DNA of 64,000 nucleotides from Gemmatimonadaceae bacterium (GTDB taxonomy: Bacteria > Gemmatimonadota > Gemmatimonadetes > Gemmatimonadales > Gemmatimonadaceae), in NCBI GenBank assembly GCA_050998915.1, contig JBPCPS010000141.1:5878-69877 (forward strand). Direction: 5' to 3'. Positions 46,625-55,010 of this stretch are shown one piece after another. A model generated the notes under the pieces. The model made no database searches. It was not told the DNA's origin and saw nothing but the letters and a program-made list of their open reading frames with translations. Position 1 is the stretch's first letter, and every line of letters begins with the position of its first letter. A program made the translations under genes and the position numbers.

Positions 46625-47970
46625 TGCAGTCGCGCGGCGGCATTCAGCTCGCGGTCCAGGGCGGGGTGACGGAAGCGCGCGTCCTCGCCGCCGACGTGTG
46701 CGCCGACCTCCGCAACGGCGAGATGCTGGATTCGTCGTTCGAGCGGCGCGCGACGCCGCTCGACTCGCGCGACCGCCGCTGGATGCAGGAGCTGGTGTAC
46801 GGGATGCTCCGGCGCCGCGCGCGGCTCGACGCAATTCTTTCGGCGCGCGTTCGCGGCGGTCTCGCGCGATTGGATCCCGACCTGATCGATCTACTCCGGC
46901 TCGGCGTGGACCAGCTGCTGTACATGGGCAGCGTTCCCGCGTACGCGGCCATCGCACAGACCGTTGAGCTCGCCAAGCGCAGGCACGGGATCGGCGCGAG
47001 CAAGCTTGCGAACGCCGTGCTTCGCCGCGTCGACCGCGAGCGGGAGGATCTTGCCGTCCGGGTCGACGGCGACGAAGTGGACCAGCTCGCGCTCGAGTAC
47101 TCGCATCCCCGTTGGATCCTGGCACGCTGGCTGGACCGGTTCGGCCGGAGCGAGACGGTCAAGCTGTTGGAGGCGAACAACACCGAGCCGCCGTTGATCG
47201 CCCGTCCCTACGGAATCGTGCGCGAGCAGCTCGAGGCGACGCTCGAGGCGGCCGGCGTCCGAGTCGGCGACGCGCCGCTCGTGAGCGACAGCATCGAGCT
47301 GCAGGGCGCGGCCGCGCTGACGGAGCTCGGCGCGTACAAGCAGGGCCTTTTCTTCATCCAGGATCCCGCGTCGACCCTGGTATCGCGGTATGCGGCAATA
47401 TCGCCGGGCGTCATCGTCGCGGATCTGTGCGCGGCGCCGGGCGGGAAATCGCTGGAGATGACGCGCGTCGCCGGAGCGGTGGTGGCGAGCGACCGCTCGC
47501 AGAGCCGGCTGCAGCGGGTGATCGCCAACGTGAAGCGGCTCGACGCTCGCGACGTGCTGGCGTTCGTCGGTGACGCGCGGCATCCCGCGGTTCGGCCGGT
47601 CGACGTCGTATTGATCGACGTCCCGTGCACGGGTACCGGCACGTTCCGCCGCCATCCGGACGCACGCTGGCGGCTTCGGCCGTCGGATCTCGCGGTGATG
47701 ACCAACCTGCAGCGCGCGATCTGCCGCGGCGCGGCTCGCGTGGTCAAGCCCGGTGGATTGCTCATCTACAGCACGTGCTCGCTGGAGCCAGAGGAAAACG
47801 AGGAGCAGGTCGCGACATTTCTGAAGGAGCACCCGGACTTCGTGCTCGAGCCCCCGACCCCGGGCGAGATCCCCGCCGCGGTCCTGGACGCAGGCTGTCT
47901 ACGCGTGCTCCCGCAGCGACATGGCACCGACGGCGCATTCGCGGCACGGCTCAGAAGGGTCGCCAGGTGA
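46624..47970 (+). CDS. rsmB: 16S rRNA (cytosine-C5)-methyltransferase RsmB/Sun-like
   Basis: NusB-like N-terminus, DLCAAPGGKS, DVPCTGTGTFRRHPD, YSTCSLEPEENE. ATG 46624 overlaps the thiG stop. Confidence 0.88.
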   Translation: MQSRGGIQLAVQGGVTEARVLAADVCADLRNGEMLDSSFERRATPLDSRDRRWMQELVYGMLRRRARLDAILSARVRGGLARLDPDLIDLLRLGVDQLLYMGSVPAYAAIAQTVELAKRRHGIGASKLANAVLRRVDREREDLAVRVDGDEVDQLALEYSHPRWILARWLDRFGRSETVKLLEANNTEPPLIARPYGIVREQLEATLEAAGVRVGDAPLVSDSIELQGAAALTELGAYKQGLFFIQDPASTLVSRYAAISPGVIVADLCAAPGGKSLEMTRVAGAVVASDRSQSRLQRVIANVKRLDARDVLAFVGDARHPAVRPVDVVLIDVPCTGTGTFRRHPDARWRLRPSDLAVMTNLQRAICRGAARVVKPGGLLIYSTCSLEPEENEEQVATFLKEHPDFVLEPPTPGEIPAAVLDAGCLRVLPQRHGTDGAFAARLRRVAR

Positions 47971-48737
47971 AGTTGCGCGCTGCGCCGCGCAGCGCATTCC
48001 CGTACCTCATGACCGCCGCGGGCGGTTTTTTGCTCGCGTACCTCGTGATCTTCCTGTTCGCGTTCCCCGCGGAGGTGATCCCCGACGACGCGGACGTGCC
48101 GAACGTGGTCGGGCTGATGTATGCCGATGCCGCGCAGCGGATCGAGAAGGCAGGCTTTCAGGCCGTGCAAGGCGAGTCGCGCTTTCACCCGCGCGCCCCG
48201 GAAGGCGCCGTACTGCAGCAGGACCCGCCGGCGGAGAGCAGCCAGAAACGGGGGATAGACGTCCGGCTCGCGGTGAGCGCCGGACAACGCAGCGCGCCGG
48301 TGCCGCAGCTGACCGGCTTGGGCGAGCAACAGGCGCGTGTGTCCATCGCGAACGCAGGCTTCGAGCTGGGAACGGTACGACGCGAAGCCAGCGATCAGCC
48401 ACGCGGCTCGATCATCGCCAGCACCCCGCCGTCTGGCGAGGTGCTGCAGCTGCCCGCGGCGGTGAACATCGTGGTGAGCGACGGTCCGGCGATCGTGCTG
48501 GCGCCGGATCTCTTGGGCAGGACGCTACCTGACGCACGATCGATGGTGGAGCAGATCGGGCTTCGTATCGGCGCGGTCGGCCGGGACACCAGCTCGTTCC
48601 AACCGGAAAACACCATCCTCTCGCAGTCTCCGCCGGCCGGCCAGGCGGTCTCCGCGGGCGGGCGGATCAACGTGACCGTATCTCGCTTCCCGCCAGTCAG
48701 TCCGCTGACCGTTCCGCCCACACCCGATCCCCGCTGA
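47967..48737 (+). CDS. Membrane-anchored protein with three PASTA repeats and no kinase or PBP domain
   Basis: One TM (GGFLLAYLVIFLFAF), then three VP-x-[LV]-x-G...A...L...G repeats. GTGA overlap with rsmB. Confidence 0.75.
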   Translation: MKLRAAPRSAFPYLMTAAGGFLLAYLVIFLFAFPAEVIPDDADVPNVVGLMYADAAQRIEKAGFQAVQGESRFHPRAPEGAVLQQDPPAESSQKRGIDVRLAVSAGQRSAPVPQLTGLGEQQARVSIANAGFELGTVRREASDQPRGSIIASTPPSGEVLQLPAAVNIVVSDGPAIVLAPDLLGRTLPDARSMVEQIGLRIGAVGRDTSSFQPENTILSQSPPAGQAVSAGGRINVTVSRFPPVSPLTVPPTPDPR

Positions 48738-48744
48738 TTCGACG

Positions 48745-49410
48745 ATGACGGTTCGAATCGCGCCGTCGATACTAAGCGCCGACTTCGCACGGCTCGCGGA
48801 TGAGATCGCGATGTGCGAGGCCGGCGGTGCCGACTGGATTCACATCGACGTGATGGACGGGCACTTCGTGCCCAATCTGACTTTCGGCGCGAAAGTCATC
48901 GACACGGTGCGCAAGCTCACCGATCGGCCGCTCGACGTGCATCTCATGGTGCTCGAGCCGGAGAAGTATTTCGACAGCTTCGCGAAGGCGGGCGCGACGA
49001 CCATGACGATCCACGTCGAGACGTCGCCGCACCTGCACCGGCAGCTCATGCGGATCAAGGAGCTGGGGTGCCGCGCGGGGGCGGTGGTGAATCCGGCGAC
49101 TCCGGTTGAAGCTCTCAACGATGTGATCGCCGACCTCGACCTGCTGCTGATCATGTCGGTCAATCCGGGATTCTCCGCGCAGAGCTTCATCCCCTCTTCA
49201 CTCGGAAAGATTGCCCGAGCGAGAGAGATGTTGAACGCGGCCCGCAGCGCCGCGGACCTGGAAGTGGACGGCGGCATCGGGCGCGACACGATTCGTGACG
49301 TTTGGCGCGCGGGCGCTGACACTTTCGTCGCCGGAAACGCGATCTTTGGCGCAGAGGATCCGCGAGCCGAGATCGCGGTGTTGCGGAAGTTGTGCAGCGA
49401 AACCGCCTGA
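48745..49410 (+). CDS. rpe: Ribulose-phosphate 3-epimerase
   Basis: IAPSILSADF, HIDVMDGHFVPN, DVHLMV, MSVNPGF, VDGG. Confidence 0.93.
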   Translation: MTVRIAPSILSADFARLADEIAMCEAGGADWIHIDVMDGHFVPNLTFGAKVIDTVRKLTDRPLDVHLMVLEPEKYFDSFAKAGATTMTIHVETSPHLHRQLMRIKELGCRAGAVVNPATPVEALNDVIADLDLLLIMSVNPGFSAQSFIPSSLGKIARAREMLNAARSAADLEVDGGIGRDTIRDVWRAGADTFVAGNAIFGAEDPRAEIAVLRKLCSETA

Positions 49411-49411
49411 C

Positions 49412-49957
49412 ATGACGACGAAGCGCGTGCGGTTCGTGCTCGCTCTGGTGGTGATTGGAGTCGGAGGCGTTTTTGGAGTCCGCGCCCTGCGGCAGGATCT
49501 GGTGACGGTCGGCGTGGGATCGCAAGCGCCCAACTTCACCGCGACGACGCTGGATTCCGTTCCCGGCACGAAAACACTCGGCGACTATGAGGGTCAAGTC
49601 GTGCTGCTCAACCTCTGGGCTACATGGTGCGGGCCCTGCCGCGTCGAGATGCCGAGCATTCAGAATCTCCACGATGCGTACGCGTCACGCGGTCTCAGGG
49701 TCGTGGCCGTGAGCGTGGACGCGGGCGGCGCCGAGGAGCAAATCCGGAGCTTCACCGACTCGCTCGGCCTCACGTTCGAGATCCTGCATGATTCAGCAGG
49801 AGCCATTCAGCGCGCGTATCGCACGACCGGGGTGCCGGAGACGGTAGTCATCGGCCGTGATGGGGTGATCCGGAAACGCGTCCGCGGAGCAGTGCACTGG
49901 GATTCGCCGGCCAACCGCGCGCTGGTGGAGCAGCTGCTGGCGAAACCGGCGAGCTGA
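49412..49957 (+). CDS. TlpA/ResA-like thiol-disulfide oxidoreductase
   Basis: N-terminal anchor and WATWCGPC thioredoxin motif. Confidence 0.82.
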   Translation: MTTKRVRFVLALVVIGVGGVFGVRALRQDLVTVGVGSQAPNFTATTLDSVPGTKTLGDYEGQVVLLNLWATWCGPCRVEMPSIQNLHDAYASRGLRVVAVSVDAGGAEEQIRSFTDSLGLTFEILHDSAGAIQRAYRTTGVPETVVIGRDGVIRKRVRGAVHWDSPANRALVEQLLAKPAS

Positions 49958-51015
49958 TGACGCGGATCCTCGGAGTCGAGACGTCGTGCGACGAGACGTC
50001 GGCGGCGGTCATCGAGCAGAAGCGCCCGGAGCAGCGACCCGATCTGTGTTCGCTGGTGATCCTGTCGCAGGACGTGCACGCCGTGTTCGGCGGCGTGGTA
50101 CCGGAAATCGCCGCCCGCGCGCACCTGACCAGCATCGTTCCCGTGGTCAACAAGGCGCTCGCTGACGCGAACGTCGCCTTCGGCGACCTGGATGCGGTCG
50201 CGGTCACCCACGCCCCCGGCCTGATCGGCGCGCTTTTAGCCGGTGTGTCATACGGCAAGGCGCTCGCATGGTCGCTCGGAATACCGGTCGTCGCCGTGCA
50301 TCACATGGAGGGCCATCTCTTCGCGGCGTCGATCGAGGATTCCGAGGCAGAGCCGCCGTTCATGGCGCTGCTCGTATCCGGCGGGCACACCATGCTGATC
50401 GACTGTCCTGGCTGGGGCAGCTACGAACTGCTCGGTGCGACTCGCGACGACGCCGCGGGGGAGGCGTTCGACAAGGTCGCCAAACTCCTCGGACTCCCCT
50501 ACCCGGGCGGCCGCTACGTCGAGGAGCTCGCTATGAGCGGGACGCCCGGCCGTTTCAAGTTCAAGCCGCCGATGCTCGACGGGAGCTGGAAGGAAAATCA
50601 GCCGGGATACCACGACGTCTCTTTCAGCGGACTCAAGACGGCCGTATTGAACGCCGTTCGCGGCTCGAAGGACATCGAGGGTGATCGCGCCGACATCGCA
50701 CGCGGCTTCCAGGATGCGCTCATCGAGACGCTGGTCGAGAAGACAGTGCGCGCCGCCGACGAGCGCGGCCGCTCGCGCATCGTCCTGGGTGGAGGCGTCG
50801 CCTGCAATCGCACCCTCGTGGCGGCGGCACGCAAGCGCGCGGAAAGGATCGGCGCGACCGTCCACAGCGCCTCGCCGCGGCTCTCCACGGACAACGCCGC
50901 GATGATCGCACGCGCCGGGCTGTTTCACTTCGAGCGGGGCGAGCGCGCAGATCTGGCGCTGAACGCCTACGCCACACTGCCAATTCCAGGACTGAAAACC
51001 GCTGTTGGCTCTTAG
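49957..51015 (+). CDS. tsaD: tRNA N6-adenosine threonylcarbamoyltransferase
   Basis: ILGVETSCDETS, HHMEGH, LLVSGGHT, GGGVACN. The last codons and TAG stop lie inside the heptamer-repeat arm. Confidence 0.92.
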   Translation: MTRILGVETSCDETSAAVIEQKRPEQRPDLCSLVILSQDVHAVFGGVVPEIAARAHLTSIVPVVNKALADANVAFGDLDAVAVTHAPGLIGALLAGVSYGKALAWSLGIPVVAVHHMEGHLFAASIEDSEAEPPFMALLVSGGHTMLIDCPGWGSYELLGATRDDAAGEAFDKVAKLLGLPYPGGRYVEELAMSGTPGRFKFKPPMLDGSWKENQPGYHDVSFSGLKTAVLNAVRGSKDIEGDRADIARGFQDALIETLVEKTVRAADERGRSRIVLGGGVACNRTLVAAARKRAERIGATVHSASPRLSTDNAAMIARAGLFHFERGERADLALNAYATLPIPGLKTAVGS

Positions 51016-51132
51016 CTCTTGGCTATTGGCTGGTTTTTAGCGATCTCCAGTTCGTGGTACGCTGCTAGCTGCTAGCTGCTAGCTGACATATCATTGCCCC
51101 AGGCCAACAGCCAATAGCCAACAGCCAATAGC
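51001..51132. repeat. Heptamer-repeat hairpin element, copy 3 (inverted GCCAAYA arms plus GCTGCTA x3 core)
   Basis: Left arm 51001-51033 (gctgttggctcttagctcttggctattggctgg). Core gctgctagctgctagctgctagctg at 51061-51085. Right arm 51102-51132 (ggccaacagccaatagccaacagccaatagc). Confidence 0.85.
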
Positions 51133-51140
51133 TCACCCTC

Positions 51141-51977
51141 ATGTCTCCCTACATCGTCCACCAGCCGTTCCTCTACGACCTCGGACCGTTCAAAGGCATC
51201 GGGGGTTTCGGCCTAGCGATGCTGATGTGCTTCGTCACCGGGCAGATCCTGCTCACGCGCGAGCTCATGAGACGCGGGCACGACCCGGCGCCGGTGGGCG
51301 ACCTGGTGTTCGCGGCCGCCATCGGCGGACTGCTGGGCGCGAAGATCTACTACGCGATTCTCACGCAGGACATGGGCGCGCTGTTCAGCCGCGCGGGCTT
51401 CGTGTTCTGGGGCGGGCTGATCGGCGGGATCATCGCAACGAGCCTCGTGGTGCGCTTCAAGAAGCTCCGCTGGAGCACGATCAGCGACGCGAGCGCGATG
51501 AGCCTCGCCGCGGCGTACGCCGTGGGACGCACCGGATGCTGGGCGGTGGGCGACGACTACGGCCGGCCGTGGGACTCACCATTCGCGGTGCAGTTCCCCG
51601 AGGGCGCGCCGCCATCGACGGCGGCGAACATGTCGCAGATGTTCGGAGTCAGCTTTCCAGCGGGAACGGATCCGTCGGCCGTGATTGCGGTGCACCCGAC
51701 GCAGATCTATGAGGTCGTCCTCGGCTTCGTGATGTTTCTGATCATCTGGCACTTCCGCGATCACAAGCACGCGGCGGGCTGGTTGTTTGGGATGTACGCC
51801 GTGCTCGCCGGGCTCGAGCGATTCATCATCGAGTTCGTCCGGGCGAAGGACGATCGGTTCTTCGGCGGGCTTACGCTGGCCCAGGTGATCGCGATTGGCT
51901 TTGTGGCCGCCGGCGTGGCGTGGATGTACGCTCGCCGGGAAATCGGACCGGGGAGACAGGGGATCTACGCTTCTTAA
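51141..51977 (+). CDS. lgt: Prolipoprotein diacylglyceryl transferase
   Basis: Multi-TM protein with GRTGCW..GDDYG and HPTQIYE motifs. Confidence 0.9.
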   Translation: MSPYIVHQPFLYDLGPFKGIGGFGLAMLMCFVTGQILLTRELMRRGHDPAPVGDLVFAAAIGGLLGAKIYYAILTQDMGALFSRAGFVFWGGLIGGIIATSLVVRFKKLRWSTISDASAMSLAAAYAVGRTGCWAVGDDYGRPWDSPFAVQFPEGAPPSTAANMSQMFGVSFPAGTDPSAVIAVHPTQIYEVVLGFVMFLIIWHFRDHKHAAGWLFGMYAVLAGLERFIIEFVRAKDDRFFGGLTLAQVIAIGFVAAGVAWMYARREIGPGRQGIYAS

Positions 51978-52001
51978 GTACGGCTACCGGGATTCTGAAG
52001 G

Positions 52002-52096
52002 GGAATCCAAGTTCGGAGTGTGGCAGTTTGGAGTGAGGAGTACGGGTTCCCTTCCAGACTGCAACCTCCAGCCTGCCACACTCCCTACTTGGATCC
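52002..52096. repeat. Palindromic intergenic element, family C, copy 2
   Basis: GGAATCCAAGT (52002-12) pairs with ACTTGGATCC (52087-96). GGAGTGTGGCAG (52015-26) pairs with CTGCCACACTCC (52073-84). It overlaps the stop codon of the ligase-like gene. Confidence 0.8.
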
Positions 52097-53377
52097 CGCC
52101 GAAGCCGTAGCTCGAACTCTCCTCGAGCGACGCGGCCGGCCGATAGGGTTGAGCTTCTCCCACTCCGCCAAGTGATCAAGCAAGTAGTCGAGTGAGAATA
52201 CGTGCCGTGTCCCGTCCTCGCGCCGCCTGAAAACCACTCTCGACCAGCCCTTCATTCCCGTCGGCTTGTACCACATGCCGTTCATGTGCAGCTCTTCCCC
52301 CCTGATGGCCCGGATCAGCACCCGCTCGTACCGCGAGCGCGGCAATACCCGCTCGGAAAAGAGATTGTCCCACCGGCATAGCCGGCCGATGTCCTGGTAC
52401 CCGTCCGGCCGCTCGTCGAGGTCGAGCAGAGACGGCACGCGCCCCCGCAGAACCGAGCCGATCAAACGCAAAGTGAACGGATCCGATACGCGCCGGATCG
52501 ACGGCCAGAAGTGACGCGCGGTCAGCCCCGCGATCTCCCGCAGCGCGAGCGTGCGCCCGTCGCGCGTCGGCCACATCGCGGCATCCACGTCGCACTGAAA
52601 CGGATTCTCGCTGAAGCACGTGAATCGGGCGAGCCAGCCCTTGCGCGACGTGTGCCGCATCGGCCGGAAGCTCGCCAGCACGGGCAGCCGCTTCTTCTCT
52701 AGCATCTCGAGCTCGAAGCTCTCCCACCGCATGACGGAGCGCACGATCCCCACGATCAGCGTAGCCGTGGCGATCATCAGCGAAGCGCTCGGCGTGAAGT
52801 CGGCAGTCACTTCGATTCGATTGCCGCGCGGACGCACCCCGATCCCGGTGGACTCCCGGTTGGCCGCCAGCAGCATCACCGGCATCGGCAGGATGTATGA
52901 CAGCAGCAGCGCCAGCTTCTCCACGCTCTTGCCGTTGCCCCGCTCGTGTGGCGGCAGGTCGAACGAGATGTTGTAGTGCGCGCTGAAGCCGGTGAGCTGA
53001 ACCTTGCTCCCGTTGGATTTCTCCCAGGCATCCAGCTCGTCGCGCAGAAAAAGGATGCTTTCCCAGAGCGAGCGGCCAGCCCGCGCACCGCACCCCTTCG
53101 CGATCTCGATGACCGGCGTCGCGACTTCGATGACGCCCGTGTCGAAGTAGACCGCACCGCCCGTGGGGAGGTGATACGAGCGACCGACGCGATGCATCAA
53201 GGGGCCGCGGATGATGTTGCGCGGGCTCCCGAACACGTCCTCGGGCCGCACCTGCTCGCCGTCCACGATCACCGCGAATTCGGCTTCGAGTCCGATCGCC
53301 GCGAGCGCGATCCGGTCCGATCCCGCGCGCTTGTCGCCGCCGTCCGACTTCTTCCGATTCCGTGTGCTCTGCGCCAT
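52085..53377 (-). CDS. Hypothetical protein with carboxylate-amine ligase (PafA/Dop and GCS2, glutamine-synthetase-like) motifs
   Basis: IGLEAEFAVI (compare GxExE of GCS2/PafA). GGAVYFDTGVIEVATP (compare PafA NGARxYVDxxHPEYSTPE). GFSAHYNISF (compare GCHENY). GVRPRGNRIEVTADF (compare GCS2 D-x-RP...VE-x-R). No signal peptide. About 200 aa of unassigned Arg/Trp-rich C-terminus. Confidence 0.5.
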   Translation of the reverse strand: MAQSTRNRKKSDGGDKRAGSDRIALAAIGLEAEFAVIVDGEQVRPEDVFGSPRNIIRGPLMHRVGRSYHLPTGGAVYFDTGVIEVATPVIEIAKGCGARAGRSLWESILFLRDELDAWEKSNGSKVQLTGFSAHYNISFDLPPHERGNGKSVEKLALLLSYILPMPVMLLAANRESTGIGVRPRGNRIEVTADFTPSASLMIATATLIVGIVRSVMRWESFELEMLEKKRLPVLASFRPMRHTSRKGWLARFTCFSENPFQCDVDAAMWPTRDGRTLALREIAGLTARHFWPSIRRVSDPFTLRLIGSVLRGRVPSLLDLDERPDGYQDIGRLCRWDNLFSERVLPRSRYERVLIRAIRGEELHMNGMWYKPTGMKGWSRVVFRRREDGTRHVFSLDYLLDHLAEWEKLNPIGRPRRSRRVRATASAGSK

Positions 53378-53443
53378 CTACTGCGACCTCTGGTTCCTTT
53401 CCCCCGAACGGATTCGACCGCGTCCGCCCCGGGGTGAGCGACG

Positions 53444-54061
53444 CTATCGCCGCGCCTTGTCCATCCCGTCGGGCGCGTCGCGCGGTATCGAAACCACGTA
53501 CCCGAAGTCCAGATGCAAATGATCGTCCGCGAATCCGGCGGCCTCCCCCGTCGGGCGCGTCCAGACCGCCGGAAGCGTCTCCCGTGCGACCATGCTGTAC
53601 CGCTCTATCGATTTCTCGTCGTCCAGCCGGGTGGACCCGATCCGATAGATGTTCGCGGCCGTCCCCCAGCAGTGCGGCGAAGCATCTCTACTCAAACGGT
53701 GTACCGGAGACCGGTACCCGCCGTTCGCGGCAATGTGCACGAACGTACCAACCGCCTCACGGAACCTCTCCAGGCACAGGGCGAGCAGAGTTATCGCGCA
53801 GGGGACGTACCGCGGAAATCGCCTGAACACATCGACTTCCCTTACGTCGGTCTGGATGAATTCCCAGAGGTAGAAGTGGGGAGACAGCTCCAGCTTCCGC
53901 GCGACGTCCCAGGAGGGAATCTCATAAAAATAACGGGGCAGCTCCCGTTCGCGGCCGGCCGGATCACGCATCGCCTCGCCAGGCCGCAGCGCGTCCCGGA
54001 ATTTCCGGTCCAATGCCAGGCCGTCCACGATCTGGAGCGGAAAAGAGCGATCGTCAGCCAT
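53444..54061 (-). CDS. Peptidase M15 / Hedgehog-DD-peptidase-fold protein (YcbK/DUF882-like) with Asp-to-Asn at the second zinc ligand
   Basis: YLWEFIQTD, NGGYRSP, SPHCWGTAANI (consensus S-x-H-x-x-G-x-A-x-D), DHLHLDFG. No signal peptide. 8-nt overlap with the upstream gene. Confidence 0.6.
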   Translation of the reverse strand: MADDRSFPLQIVDGLALDRKFRDALRPGEAMRDPAGRERELPRYFYEIPSWDVARKLELSPHFYLWEFIQTDVREVDVFRRFPRYVPCAITLLALCLERFREAVGTFVHIAANGGYRSPVHRLSRDASPHCWGTAANIYRIGSTRLDDEKSIERYSMVARETLPAVWTRPTGEAAGFADDHLHLDFGYVVSIPRDAPDGMDKARR

Positions 54062-54935
54062 CCTTTTTTGGGCCCCCGTCGGTCAAAAATTCGTGTACCG
54101 CTTCGGACACCTTGGCGATGGCCTGCTGCCGGCCGGAAGTGCCGGTATCCCATTCCGTAAGGGCCACGAGGACGTACGGATTCCGCCCGGGCAGATAAAC
54201 GATCCCGGCGTCGTGCGCGATGGTCGAGATCTCCCCCGTCTTGTGCGCGACGCGCGTTCGCTTGGGGAGCGGCGCGGGAATACCGCTGTTGAATTCCTGC
54301 GCGTGCAGAATGTCCAGCATCTCCCTGGACAACGTGCGGGAAAACGACCGCTCCTCGGCGATCACCTTGAGCAGCCGCGCGAGGCCGGCAGCAGTGACGC
54401 GGTTGGAGACGCCCGCGTCGAACGCGCGGTTGTCTTCCACCCCGCGCTGCAGCTCGATCCCCTCCTCGACGCCCAGCTCGGCGAACGTCCGCTGCATGCT
54501 CGGGAGGCCCACGTAATCCAGCAACAGGTTGGTAGCGAGGTTGCTGCTGGTCGCGATCATGTGGAACGCGAGCTCGCGAACCTGCATCGTCTTTCCGATC
54601 GCCGCGTGCACCACGGCGTTGGCATCCCGCTCCGGATCGACGCGAAAGATCGAGCCGTCGTCCGCACTCTGGAAGCGGTTTCGCACGTGCAGACGCGACT
54701 GCGGGAGGAGCTCGCCGCCGTGCACCGCGCCGAAGACGCCCACGAGAATCGGGATCTTGATCGTGCTCGCGGCATGGAACCACCGGTCCGATTCGTGATC
54801 GAAGTCGATCGACGTCTCGATGTCGCGAACCGCTACAGCCAGCGCTTCCGCGCCCGAATCGCGCTTGATTTCGCCGATGCGGTCCCGGAGCTTCGCCGAG
54901 TCGTGTGCCTGCCTTTTTTTCGAGTCGTTGCCCAT
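54054..54935 (-). CDS. Class A beta-lactamase-fold serine hydrolase, no signal peptide
   Basis: ASTIK (SxxK), TSSNLA (SxN), RGVEDN (omega-loop-like), HKTGE (KTG). ATG 54935 preferred over the longer ORF. Confidence 0.7.
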   Translation of the reverse strand: MGNDSKKRQAHDSAKLRDRIGEIKRDSGAEALAVAVRDIETSIDFDHESDRWFHAASTIKIPILVGVFGAVHGGELLPQSRLHVRNRFQSADDGSIFRVDPERDANAVVHAAIGKTMQVRELAFHMIATSSNLATNLLLDYVGLPSMQRTFAELGVEEGIELQRGVEDNRAFDAGVSNRVTAAGLARLLKVIAEERSFSRTLSREMLDILHAQEFNSGIPAPLPKRTRVAHKTGEISTIAHDAGIVYLPGRNPYVLVALTEWDTGTSGRQQAIAKVSEAVHEFLTDGGPKKDG

Positions 54936-55010
54936 GCGGTTGCGCTGAAACGGTAGGATATACTTAACGACCGACGTGCAGCCCCCCAACCAAGCCGTGG
55001 AGTCCGCCAA

